A stretch of DNA of 59,324 nt from Archaeoglobus sp. JdFR-37 (GTDB lineage Archaea > Halobacteriota > Archaeoglobi > Archaeoglobales > Archaeoglobaceae): assembly GCA_002010215.1 (NCBI GenBank), contig MTMY01000030.1, forward strand, positions 1 to 59,324. The letters run 5' to 3'. Below the pieces are notes generated by a model that was not told the origin of the DNA, searched no databases, and saw nothing but the letters and a program-made list of their open reading frames with translations. The translations under genes and the position numbers were made by a program. Positions 30,847-39,834 of this stretch are shown piece by piece. Position 1 is the stretch's first letter. Each line of letters begins with the position of its first letter.

Positions 30847-32399
30847 GCAGCATCCCTCCTCAAGAGACTGATGGCACCATCAGTGGTTACAGAATTCAGG
30901 AAGTACTTTGAGTCACTGAACTCAGGATAGTCGCTCCGCATCTGGAATGGAGGCATCCTTGTCTCCCTTCTCTCCAGCATGTGATAGAGCATGACTCTGG
31001 CAACCTCAAGCCTGTCTGTAACTTCAAAGCACCTGATTGGCTTTCCTTTCAGGCTGATACTTCTCAACCTTTCGACTTCCAGAATGGCTCTCCTCACCGA
31101 TTGCTCGCTGTAGTAATAGAATCTGCTCATCCCTCCTGCGTAGCAGTCCAGTACATATTGCATTCGCTTCTCCACATCGCCGGCATCGCACTCACCATCG
31201 AAAGCCAGCTCAGGCTCATCTGGCTGGAAATCCAGAGAATTCTTCAGCATTGCAGCAGTCCTAGCAGCAATCACCCCTTCTGCCAGAGCTCCACCCACGT
31301 GCTTTAGTGGAACGCCGCCAGCAGCGTCGCCAGCAGCGAGCAGGTACGGCACGGTGGTCATTCTGCTCTCATCAACCCATATTCCCGCAATTGTGTGGCT
31401 GCCAGTAATGTAAGGCTCACACGGCTGGACTTCAAGAGGCTCTGCTGATGGGTCAATCTGCCTTGCTTTGAGGAATAGCAGAAATATGGGCCAGCCGTTG
31501 AGGTATAGTCTTATTAAGCTCTCAACCTGCTCTTGAGTCAGTCCTCTGGTGTCGATGTAGACTGGGAACCTTCCTTCCATTATCTCCTTCATAGGCCCAT
31601 AGGCTCTTATTGCAATGGGAGCACTTTCTCCTCCGAATTCTCCGTATTTTGTTTTCATAAACTCTTCTCCCTCTGCACTTCTGAGGGGAGCCTTAAATCC
31701 AACAGCGGTGACGCCTATCGGGCTATTGATGTCCTTTATTCTGATGGGAATAAAGCGAATCTCGAAGGACGTTATTTCTGCTCCAGCCCGTATTGCAAGA
31801 GCGTATCCCGTACCTGCGTTGCATGGAGGGTACCAAGGGACTGTGTAGGGTTTGTAGAGGCCGCTGCACCCGCCGGTGGCGATAAGCGTCGCTTTAGCTC
31901 TGACGAAGAAAACTTCATTATTTCTCAAATCGTAGGCATAGACTCCTTTAACTCCTGAGCTATCAGAGGCAAGCCTGAAAGCATAGCAGTGCTCAATGAT
32001 TTCTGCATTCTCTCTGGCAATGTCGGCCAGGATGGGTTTTATGCTCTCTCCCGTTATTCTCAGCCCGAACCTTCCCTGTCTCCCCCCATCAGCTATCAGT
32101 CCATAATTCTCTAGAACAGATACTGCATAACGGCTTTCAGAAATCATGGAGTGGGTAAGATCTCTCCTCAGCAACCCCATTCCCTGAAATTCCACCCATT
32201 TAACGTAATCCTCGGGACTGTCACCTTCATGTAGATAAGAGTATATCGCATTGACACCAGGAGCTAGGCAGCCACTCCGCTTTATTCCTGCCTTCTCTAG
32301 AATTACAACATCAAGCCCTGCCTTTTTCGCTTCGTATGCTGCGATGCAACCCGCTGTACCTCCGCCAATAACTGCAAGGTCGGTGTTAATTACTTCCAC
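30843..32399 (-). CDS. Adenylylsulfate reductase alpha-subunit-like flavoprotein (compact)
   Basis: IGGGTAG FAD site, EKAGIKRSGCLAPGVNAI (cf. AprA RSGAVAQGLSAIN), WYPPCNAG, EPYITGSH, RRETR, RSDYP; flanked by the ferredoxin gene and sat. Confidence 0.85.
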   Translation of the reverse strand: MEVINTDLAVIGGGTAGCIAAYEAKKAGLDVVILEKAGIKRSGCLAPGVNAIYSYLHEGDSPEDYVKWVEFQGMGLLRRDLTHSMISESRYAVSVLENYGLIADGGRQGRFGLRITGESIKPILADIARENAEIIEHCYAFRLASDSSGVKGVYAYDLRNNEVFFVRAKATLIATGGCSGLYKPYTVPWYPPCNAGTGYALAIRAGAEITSFEIRFIPIRIKDINSPIGVTAVGFKAPLRSAEGEEFMKTKYGEFGGESAPIAIRAYGPMKEIMEGRFPVYIDTRGLTQEQVESLIRLYLNGWPIFLLFLKARQIDPSAEPLEVQPCEPYITGSHTIAGIWVDESRMTTVPYLLAAGDAAGGVPLKHVGGALAEGVIAARTAAMLKNSLDFQPDEPELAFDGECDAGDVEKRMQYVLDCYAGGMSRFYYYSEQSVRRAILEVERLRSISLKGKPIRCFEVTDRLEVARVMLYHMLERRETRMPPFQMRSDYPEFSDSKYFLNSVTTDGAISLLRRDAA

Positions 32400-32649
32400 T
32401 TATAACCAACCTCCAGTATCCCTCTTCTTTTCTGCTTTCAACCTTGTATCCCTTCTTTTCCAGAATAATGGGGATGTCTCTGGCTGAAGGCGGATTATCG
32501 GTTATGACTTCCAGTGTTGCATTTCCAACCTTTTTTAAGGCAAGCTCGGTGAATATCTGGGGGAAGGGGCATGTATTGCCGCGAACATCCAGCTCATATC
32601 TTCCCTCATCCAGCTTTTTAAGCTTGAGGTCTGTTTTGAGATCCATCAT
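32386..32649 (-). CDS. TusA-family sulfur carrier
   Basis: LDVRGNTCPFP and DNPPS motifs. Confidence 0.9.
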   Translation of the reverse strand: MMDLKTDLKLKKLDEGRYELDVRGNTCPFPQIFTELALKKVGNATLEVITDNPPSARDIPIILEKKGYKVESRKEEGYWRLVISGSN

Positions 32650-34109
32650 AACACCTCCAGAAATTCGTTTAATGTATTTCCATTGAGTTGCTCCTTCTGC
32701 TCCCTAAACTGCTTATACCTCCTGAGAATATCATCCAGAACCTCTGCAGCCTCTTCAGGGGTGAGAGATTCCTTGTAAAGCTTTGCCATCTTCAGCCCTC
32801 TGAAATCTCCTCCAATGTAGAGGTCGTACCCCTGAACAACGCTCCCATTTCTCTTCATCAACTTCCCCATCAGACCGAAGTGGGCGACGTGATGGCATCC
32901 GCATGCATTGTGGCATCCTGAAATGTGGATGCGGACATCTTCTTTTATTCCATGCTTCTCAACAACTTCAAGCAGCTTTCTCAGCATGTCCTTTGCGTGG
33001 ACATCTCTGGTCTTACCGCAAAAATCGGATGCGCAGCCGATGGAGTTATAGAATACCTCACTGTCATAAAGCCTGAAATGCCTAGAGAGCTCGTTCTTGA
33101 GGGCTTCAACATCCTCAACATCAACAAAGGTAATGTTCTGGGTTGTGGTCAGCCTGATCTCTCCGCTGCCGTACTTCTCTGCCAGCTCTCCAATTACATC
33201 CAGCCTGTCAGCATCCAAAACTCCGCCAATCAGCGGGAGGGTGAAATAGTGCAGCCCATTTACCTGTTTTCCTGAGCCATTGTGAACATCATGCTTGAGG
33301 TCTGGAAGCTCCTTGAAGTCCTCGAGCTTTCCGATTTTCTCCTCTACCACTTCTCTTACCTTCTCAACCCCCCATGATGCAACCAAGTTCTTGAATCTGG
33401 CTTTAACCTTGCTCTCCCTGCTGGAGTAATCACGATGGACTTCAACCACTGCTTTGACGAACTCGAAAACGTCGTCTTCAGGCACAAATACAGGCATGTG
33501 CTTTGCCAGTGATGGGCCCGGAAAGCTTGCTCCAACACTACCACCTATAAGCGGAGTGAAACCTCTTTCGCCATCTTTCTCCACGCTTATCATGGCCAAA
33601 TCATTCACGCCGGCCCTTATGCAATCACTACCACATGCGGTAAAAGCAATCTTGAACTTCCTAGGCAGGTCGATATAATCGGGATTACCAGAAAAGAATT
33701 CAGTAAGGCTGACTGCATACTTTGCCACATCAAAATCGCTAACCTTACCGCTGAGGGGGCAAGCAATAATATTGCGGACATCACCATGGCATGCTCCGCT
33801 GAAGCCCTGACCACACAGATCAGTTGTGTAACCGAGTCTGTAAAGCCTTTCAAAGATTTCAAGGGATTTATCGCTGTCTATCCAGTGAAGCTGTATGTCC
33901 TGCCTGTCTGTAACCTCAACGTAACCTCTCCCATACTCTCTGGACATGCTTGCAATCTCAAAAATCCTTTCAGCGTTTATCTGCCCGGCAGGAATTTTGA
34001 TTCTGAGAAAGTGAAGGGAACCCATTCCATTATCTCTGCCGAGGGAGTATTTTCCTATGAACTTCCCAATCTCACCGAGATCGATACTTATTTCTTCCAA
34101 GACACTCAC
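32646..34109 (-). CDS. Ferredoxin-type siroheme sulfite/nitrite reductase (Sir/NirA family)
   Basis: TDRQDIQLHW, LPRKFKIA, RLTTTQN; siroheme/[4Fe-4S] ligands GCASDFC and SGCHNACG; first gene of the sat/apr operon. Confidence 0.9.
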   Translation of the reverse strand: MSVLEEISIDLGEIGKFIGKYSLGRDNGMGSLHFLRIKIPAGQINAERIFEIASMSREYGRGYVEVTDRQDIQLHWIDSDKSLEIFERLYRLGYTTDLCGQGFSGACHGDVRNIIACPLSGKVSDFDVAKYAVSLTEFFSGNPDYIDLPRKFKIAFTACGSDCIRAGVNDLAMISVEKDGERGFTPLIGGSVGASFPGPSLAKHMPVFVPEDDVFEFVKAVVEVHRDYSSRESKVKARFKNLVASWGVEKVREVVEEKIGKLEDFKELPDLKHDVHNGSGKQVNGLHYFTLPLIGGVLDADRLDVIGELAEKYGSGEIRLTTTQNITFVDVEDVEALKNELSRHFRLYDSEVFYNSIGCASDFCGKTRDVHAKDMLRKLLEVVEKHGIKEDVRIHISGCHNACGCHHVAHFGLMGKLMKRNGSVVQGYDLYIGGDFRGLKMAKLYKESLTPEEAAEVLDDILRRYKQFREQKEQLNGNTLNEFLEVL

Positions 34110-34150
34110 CTCTCTACCTCTAATGGCCTCTTTATTAGAGTTATAAAAAG

Positions 34151-34163
34151 TTAACGGTGTTAA
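34151..34163. promoter_or_regulatory. Palindromic operator TTAACGGTGTTAA next to the sir-operon TATA box
   Basis: Perfect TTAAC-N3-GTTAA immediately upstream (minus-strand sense) of TTTTTATAA at 34141-34149. Confidence 0.65.
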
Positions 34164-34243
34164 GTATTACTGGCTGTCATATCACGCTGAAACTTCAATT
34201 TTTCTTTCACAACATTTAAGTTTCAGAATATATACATGCATGC

Positions 34244-34465
34244 ATGACAAAGACGATAAGTATATCGGACGATGTTTATGAGCAGCTGGTAAAAATAAAA
34301 GGGAAAAAAAGCTTCTCAGAAGTAATTAGAGAGCTCATCAGAAAAAAGGGCAATGCAGAATTGATTATGACAGCTTTTGGTACAAGAAGCGAAAAAGAGG
34401 CTGAAGAACTGGAAAAAGAAATAAAGGAGGTTGAAAAATGGATGCAATCCTTGATACAAGCTTAG
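34244..34465 (+). CDS. vapB: VapB-type antitoxin
   Basis: [32 protein letters not shown], archaeal antitoxin signature; overlaps vapC. Confidence 0.9.
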   Translation: MTKTISISDDVYEQLVKIKGKKSFSEVIRELIRKKGNAELIMTAFGTRSEKEAEELEKEIKEVEKWMQSLIQA

Positions 34466-34818
34466 TAATAGAAATCTTCAAGGGAAATGCCAGTGTTGTT
34501 AAAATACTGCTGTCAAATGACACCTTGACTTATGGAATCTCTGCCATAACACTGTTTGAATTGCATTGTGGTACGCTGAAGGAAAAGGAAGAGTTATTTC
34601 TGGATAGCATCCCCAAGCTAAATTTTGACGATAAAAGCGCAAAATTTGCCGGAAGAATCTACAGAGATTTGAAAAACAAGGGAAAAATACCCAAAGTAAA
34701 GGATTTACTGATAGCTTCCTCAGCCATAGCCAATTCAAAGATACTCTTCACAGCCGATATAGATTTTGAGGTCTTTAGAGATTACGGGCTTAAGCTTGAA
34801 ATGGTTGGTGAAAGTTGA
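34438..34818 (+). CDS. vapC: VapC PIN-domain toxin
   Basis: [27 protein letters not shown] acidic PIN residues. Confidence 0.92.
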   Translation: MDAILDTSLVIEIFKGNASVVKILLSNDTLTYGISAITLFELHCGTLKEKEELFLDSIPKLNFDDKSAKFAGRIYRDLKNKGKIPKVKDLLIASSAIANSKILFTADIDFEVFRDYGLKLEMVGES

Positions 34819-34893
34819 CATTTTCGAAGTAGAGTATTCTTAAGAGTGAGGTCGTCCAGCAGAAGTGCAACACTCCATTAAATCCAAAAACTT

Positions 34894-34944
34894 AAGCTCT
34901 GGGACGGTGACGGGGTCGGGTGGGCGGGATAAATATTGAGAAAA
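34894..34944 (+). repeat. G-rich dispersed intergenic repeat, copy A
   Basis: 42/51 ungapped identity to 39835-39885; contains GGGG-TC-GGG-T-GGG-C-GGG. Confidence 0.75.
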
Positions 34945-35015
34945 GCATTAATCCGATAAAGATAACGGTTCATGAGACTTGCCAAATTAAACAACCACTC
35001 AAAAAACTTATATAC

Positions 35016-35042
35016 TAAACGCTGTTAACTTAACAGCGTTAA
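35016..35042. promoter_or_regulatory. Tandem palindromic operator upstream of tauE
   Basis: TAAACGCTGTTAA-C-TTAACAGCGTTAA; 35018-35040 is a perfect 11-1-11 inverted repeat; directly downstream of TATA TTATATA (35008-35014). Confidence 0.7.
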
Positions 35043-35051
35043 GGTGATGGG

Positions 35052-35831
35052 ATGGAGATTTTCTTAGGTGCACTGGTGGGCTTCTTAGTGGGGCTGACAG
35101 GGATGGGCGGTGGAGCTTTGATGACTCCTGCTCTGATTCTGCTTGGCTATCCACCATTGACTGCTGTAGGGACTGATTTAATCTATGCTGGAGGTGTCAA
35201 GGGAGTTGCAAGCCTCCTTCACAGAAAACAGAGGAATGTTGATGTAGATCTGCTGAAAGTTACAGTCCCTCCAGGGATTCTGGGGATTTTCGGCGGATAC
35301 ATGATTCTAGAAGCATTTGAATCTGAGGCTTCAAGACTCATAACCGTTCTGCTGGCAGTAGTGCTTCTGACTTCCAGCATTCTGATGATAATCTCTCATT
35401 TCAGGAAGAGATATCTGAAAGTGGAATGCTTTGTTTGCGAACGCTATTGTGTGAAGTTCAGCGAGAGCAATGGGAGGAAGGGGGTTATAGCTGCTGTTGC
35501 CTTCATAGTTGGTTTGCTTGTTGCAATTACATCTGTTGGCAGCGGAACCCTTATGACATTCGCTCTAATAACCATTACTAACTTGAAACCCCACAGAATT
35601 GTTGGCACCGACATCGTGAACGGACTGCTGTTCACAGTGGTGGCTGCATCGCTCCACGGCTTCAGTGGCAACGTCAATTTCCCACTTGCAGCAGAACTCA
35701 TTGCTGGCGGGTTAATAGGGGTCTATTTCGGAGTCCATGCTTCGAGCAGGTGCTCATCTGAACTCCTCAAAATAGCTCTCACATCCACAGTGGGCGTAAC
35801 GGCTTTGGTTGTGGCTGTCAATCTGTGGTAA
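35052..35831 (+). CDS. TauE/SafE-family sulfite/sulfonate exporter
   Basis: GLTGMGGGALMTP, AVGTDL, TSVGSG, IVGTD repeated TSUP motifs; about 8 TM segments. Confidence 0.92.
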   Translation: MEIFLGALVGFLVGLTGMGGGALMTPALILLGYPPLTAVGTDLIYAGGVKGVASLLHRKQRNVDVDLLKVTVPPGILGIFGGYMILEAFESEASRLITVLLAVVLLTSSILMIISHFRKRYLKVECFVCERYCVKFSESNGRKGVIAAVAFIVGLLVAITSVGSGTLMTFALITITNLKPHRIVGTDIVNGLLFTVVAASLHGFSGNVNFPLAAELIAGGLIGVYFGVHASSRCSSELLKIALTSTVGVTALVVAVNLW

Positions 35832-35842
35832 AACTTAAATAA

Positions 35843-35855
35843 TTAACGTCGTTAA
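35843..35855. promoter_or_regulatory. Palindromic operator TTAACGTCGTTAA upstream of pscS
   Basis: Perfect TTAAC-N3-GTTAA between a TATA-like TTAAATA (35835-35841) and ATG 35864. Confidence 0.65.
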
Positions 35856-35863
35856 GCTTTCCG

Positions 35864-37048
35864 ATGAATCTCGACAGATACAGGCCAGAGAACCTCAGAA
35901 GACCCTCCAATGGGATGATAAACATTCATCCCATCCAGAGAGGAGGAATACTGACAGATGAGGCGAGAAGGATAATTAATGAATGGGCTGATGGTTATTC
36001 TGTCTGTGACCTCTGTTTTGAAGGTAGAGTAGACCTTATAAGAAACCCCCCTATTGAGGAATTCAAAAGAGATGTTGCCGAGTTCCTCAACATGGATGAT
36101 GTTCGTTTCACCGCTGGAGCCAGACATGCCAAGTTCGTGATAATGGCTGGCTACGCTGGGGGTAGCGTGGTTCTGGATTCCCTCGCCCACTATACCTCAT
36201 ACATTGCTGCTGAGCTCAACGGGCTGAAGGTGTTTGAGGTTCCGAATTCCGGGTATCCTGAGTTCAAGATTCATCCGGAAGGTTACGCAGAGACTTTTGA
36301 AAGGATCAAGGAGGAAACCGGCAGTTATCCATCCCTTGCACTCCTCACCCATGTGGATTACAGGTATGGAAACGTTGCCGATGCAAAGGAGATTGGAAAG
36401 GTCTGCAGAGATTACGGAGTCCCTCTCATTCTAAACACTGCTTACAGCTCGGGAATAATGGAAATTGATGGAAAGGGGATGTATGTGGACTTTATTGTAG
36501 GGAGTGGACATAAAAGCTGGGCTGCGACCGCTCCGATAGGCATCCTTGCCACAAACTTCGAAAATACCGATAAGATTTTCAGAAAATCGAAGCTGAGGGG
36601 AGACTGGAGCGGCAGGGCATTCACCAAGAAAGAAGTAGCCTTTTTCGGATGCTCTCCAGTTTATGGTTTACCAGTGATGACACTGATGGCATCATTTCCG
36701 GCTGTGGTGAAAAGAGTTAAGGAGTGGGACAAAGAGATTGAGAAGGCCAGATGGTTTGTGAGGGAGATGGAAAAGATAGAGGGGGTTCAGCTCATCGGCG
36801 AGAGGCCGAAAGCACACACCCTGATGCACTTCGAAACTCCCACCTTTCACATGATTGCCAAGAGACACAAGAAGAGGGGCTATTTCCTGTATCACGAGCT
36901 GAAGAAGCGTGGTATTGTTGGAATTCACCCTGGAATGACAAAGAACTTCAAGATAAACGTTTACGGGCTGAGCTGGGAGGAGCTTGAGAAAGTTGCCAAT
37001 GCATTTAAGGAGATTGCCGAAGAGCACGGAGTGGAGGTGGAGGATTGA
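35864..37048 (+). CDS. pscS: O-phosphoseryl-tRNA:Cys-tRNA synthase (SepCysS)
   Basis: PIQRGGIL, GYSVCDLC, LAHYTS, SGHKSW PLP lysine, FGCS, RGYFLYHELKKRGIVGI. Confidence 0.95.
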   Translation: MNLDRYRPENLRRPSNGMINIHPIQRGGILTDEARRIINEWADGYSVCDLCFEGRVDLIRNPPIEEFKRDVAEFLNMDDVRFTAGARHAKFVIMAGYAGGSVVLDSLAHYTSYIAAELNGLKVFEVPNSGYPEFKIHPEGYAETFERIKEETGSYPSLALLTHVDYRYGNVADAKEIGKVCRDYGVPLILNTAYSSGIMEIDGKGMYVDFIVGSGHKSWAATAPIGILATNFENTDKIFRKSKLRGDWSGRAFTKKEVAFFGCSPVYGLPVMTLMASFPAVVKRVKEWDKEIEKARWFVREMEKIEGVQLIGERPKAHTLMHFETPTFHMIAKRHKKRGYFLYHELKKRGIVGIHPGMTKNFKINVYGLSWEELEKVANAFKEIAEEHGVEVED

Positions 37049-38013
37049 AGGGCGACGCATTTAGAAGGCACTTCGAAATTCCGGGAAGGCCTGTTGCAGT
37101 TAAGCTCCTGAAGGAGGAAATTAATGTCGGCGAGGCTACTGAAGGAAGCTTCAGGTACTGTGAGGCAGTAAAGCTCGCATCTGCTGGTCAGAGAATAGTC
37201 CTGAATGAAATCAATCTGTCGTGCAGCGGAGCTGAGGTCTCTCTCGGCCTGATCGAGCCACTGTTTGAGGAGGAGGGAGAAGAAAGCGGGGAAATTATAA
37301 AGACGGTGATCATAGAGCCCTATACCGGACAAGACTGCGATGCAGTTCTTGTGGTGGTAACTCCAGAAAAGGCCATGAAGATAGGCTCAACCTATGCACA
37401 GCTTTTCAACGAGCCCGTGTCTGCTAGATTCTCCGGAGAGAATGCAGTGTGCGGTGAGGCAACCCGAGAGGTCATAGACAGTGGTAAACCCAATGTCTCC
37501 TTCTTGTGTGAGGGTGCCAGAGAGTACGGCGGGTATGCGAAGGATGAAATCGTAATCGGATTTCCAGCGGAGATATTCAGGAAGATGGATGAGGCCATAG
37601 CCAAGGAACAGATAAGAGCCCTTTGTGGGTGCCTTATGGACGACCTGCCAAAGAGGGTTATCGAGAAATTTGAAGAGATGGGATTTGATAAGGCAACAGA
37701 CCACTTCATGGGAATGCATAACGGAAAGGTGGTGAAACTCTACGTCATGAAGGGAGAGAAGCTCAGCGGTGTGGCAGTTTTCACCTCTGTTAAGTTTAAG
37801 AGCGAGGATGAGGCAGAGAAGGTGGTTGGAAGTTATTCGGGAAGCGGTTTGCTTTACCGCAGAGAAAACTGGGTTGATGTTTCAAAAATCATCGAGTTTG
37901 ACGACCTTGAGAGGGCTATCAGAGAGCCGGACTTTGAAAGAAGGCTTTTGGATGTTATCAAAGAGGTCATCAGGGAGGCAAAAGATTTAAAGGCTTTAAC
38001 AAAAATAGTTTAA
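37045..38013 (+). CDS. DUF169-like Cys-rich protein with C-terminal extension
   Basis: PVAVK, RYCEAV, SCSGA..LG, VCGE, SFLCEGAR..G...DEIVIGFP; TTG start overlapping the pscS stop. Confidence 0.75.
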   Translation: MKGDAFRRHFEIPGRPVAVKLLKEEINVGEATEGSFRYCEAVKLASAGQRIVLNEINLSCSGAEVSLGLIEPLFEEEGEESGEIIKTVIIEPYTGQDCDAVLVVVTPEKAMKIGSTYAQLFNEPVSARFSGENAVCGEATREVIDSGKPNVSFLCEGAREYGGYAKDEIVIGFPAEIFRKMDEAIAKEQIRALCGCLMDDLPKRVIEKFEEMGFDKATDHFMGMHNGKVVKLYVMKGEKLSGVAVFTSVKFKSEDEAEKVVGSYSGSGLLYRRENWVDVSKIIEFDDLERAIREPDFERRLLDVIKEVIREAKDLKALTKIV

Positions 38014-38022
38014 CGGTGTTTA
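38010..38022. promoter_or_regulatory. One-mismatch operator copy TTAACGGTGTTTA upstream of the HTH regulator gene
   Basis: 12/13 identical to the 34151 site; overlaps the DUF169 stop codon, 4 nt before ATG 38027. Confidence 0.45.
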
Positions 38023-38026
38023 TAAA

Positions 38027-38326
38027 ATGAAGGTACCGTGTGAGGTAATGGCCTCAAAGGTAATCCCTATGATAAGGGGTGAATTGGCCAGAGAGCTTGT
38101 AGCAAGAGGCCACTCAAAGAAGGAGGTAGCTGAAATTCTCGGCGTCACAATTGCTGCCGTTTCCCAGTATACCAGCAGAAAAAGGGGAGATACAAGCGAT
38201 GAAGAGATAAAGAAGATTGTTAAGGAAATAGTTGATGATTTTGAGGCCGGAAGAATTAGCAAGGATGATTTAAACGTCAAGCTCTGCTTTGTGTGCAGCA
38301 CGGTAGGTAGACAGGGTATTGAGTAG
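38027..38326 (+). CDS. XRE/HTH transcriptional regulator (COG2522-like)
   Basis: PCE...IPMIRGELARELV, KKEVAEILGVTIAAVSQY HTH, KRG, C-terminal CFVC. Confidence 0.85.
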   Translation: MKVPCEVMASKVIPMIRGELARELVARGHSKKEVAEILGVTIAAVSQYTSRKRGDTSDEEIKKIVKEIVDDFEAGRISKDDLNVKLCFVCSTVGRQGIE

Positions 38327-38498
38327 TTGGATAGAGTTGTCTGTTATTCACTGTTATTTACAAATCCTAATGACTTAAATAATTCAAAGTAGTCGGATTC
38401 TTCGCCCATTATTCATTCAATTCGTGTTCAACTTCTGATTTTTCCAGACTCTTCAAACTGGAATATCAACTTCATATGGTCTTACTTCCAAACAGCCA

Positions 38499-39680
38499 TT
38501 ATCCCTTTATCTTACTGGAAAGCTGTTTTCCTATCTCCACAATTTTCTGGAAATCTTCATTTGATGGTGGACCATTTATCTCAAAGGAACCAACGAGCTC
38601 TATTTTCGTAGGCCCAAGAACTTCCAGTGCCTGTTTAATTGCTCCCCCACTCCACCCGTAGGAGCTCAAAACAACACCGTATTTCAGGGGTGGACGTAAT
38701 GCTCTAACCAGATATGACGCGTATATGGCAAGTGGGTGCATCCCACCCAGAACCGTTGGCGTGCCAAGAACGATTGCCCGAGAATCTACAAGATCTCTAG
38801 CAATCTCGCCTATGTCTGCCCTTGACAAGTCATGCAGGCTTACTTCGATACTCTCAGACATCAGTGTCTCAACCATTGTTTTTATCATGGCTTCTGTGGA
38901 ATTCCACATGCTAATATAAACCACAATTGCTTTCTCTTCCGTCTCTCCTGCAGTCCATTTCCGGTAGGCCTCTAAAACCCTATCAGGATTTTTATAGATG
39001 GGGCCATGGCTCGGTGCAATGATTTCAATCTCCAGCTCCTTTATCTTATCAAGAGCTTTCCTACCCATATTTCTGAAGGGCATCATTATTTCCCCGAAAT
39101 ATCTCTTTGCAGAGGAGAGGATTTCCTCAACATCCTCATCGTAGAGTCCAAAGGCAGTATGGGTTCCAAAGAAATCGCAGGAGAACAGAACTCTGTTCTC
39201 CACAAGATACGTGAACATCGTTTCAGGCCAGTGAAGCCAAGGAGCTTCGATGAATTTCAGGGTTTTACCACCGAGTTCAATTGTGTCTCCATCATTGACC
39301 GTCTTTATTCTATCCTCCGGCACGTTATAGTAAACCTGTGCCATTTTTGCGCCCTTCTCTGTGGTTACAAGCGTCACATTTTCGCCCATCTGCATTATGT
39401 GTGGAATTGCAGCCGCATGATCTGGTTCAGCGTGATTCATTATAACATAATCCAGACTAGCTAAATCTGTAATCTGACTGATTTTATCTACTAGTTCTTT
39501 CTCAAATCCCGGGTTTACGGTATCGATGAGTGCAATTTTTTCCTTACCCTTTACAAGGTAGGCGTTGTACGTTGTTCCGTAAGGGAGCGGGATTAAGGCG
39601 TCAAAAATTCTACGATTCCAGTCTTTTGCACCTACCCAGAATACGCCTTCGGATACTTCGGGCACATAATACATTCCCAT
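38499..39680 (-). CDS. fprA: Flavodiiron protein (FprA family)
   Basis: GTTYNAYL, NHAEPDH, HWPE, SCDFFG, PSHG metallo-beta-lactamase diiron motifs plus flavodoxin domain (SYGWSG). Confidence 0.93.
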   Translation of the reverse strand: MGMYYVPEVSEGVFWVGAKDWNRRIFDALIPLPYGTTYNAYLVKGKEKIALIDTVNPGFEKELVDKISQITDLASLDYVIMNHAEPDHAAAIPHIMQMGENVTLVTTEKGAKMAQVYYNVPEDRIKTVNDGDTIELGGKTLKFIEAPWLHWPETMFTYLVENRVLFSCDFFGTHTAFGLYDEDVEEILSSAKRYFGEIMMPFRNMGRKALDKIKELEIEIIAPSHGPIYKNPDRVLEAYRKWTAGETEEKAIVVYISMWNSTEAMIKTMVETLMSESIEVSLHDLSRADIGEIARDLVDSRAIVLGTPTVLGGMHPLAIYASYLVRALRPPLKYGVVLSSYGWSGGAIKQALEVLGPTKIELVGSFEINGPPSNEDFQKIVEIGKQLSSKIKG

Positions 39681-39834
39681 TTTTTATCATCTCCTGTTAG
39701 AACTACATGGCGCTGCATGGCTATAACTGCATCGGAATTGTATTTATGAAATTATTTTTGGCTATCTGGGTATCTCTCTAAATGCACCTGTTACAGCAAA
39801 AAACATTAAACTATAACTAAAAAACCTTATTCTA

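Noticed and set aside
30553..32399. Calling the Apr-like genes the dissimilatory aprAB
   Set aside because: AprA is markedly shorter than respiratory AprA, AprB lacks the long C-terminal tail, and the partners are Sir/TusA rather than Qmo/Dsr; gene symbols were therefore withheld.
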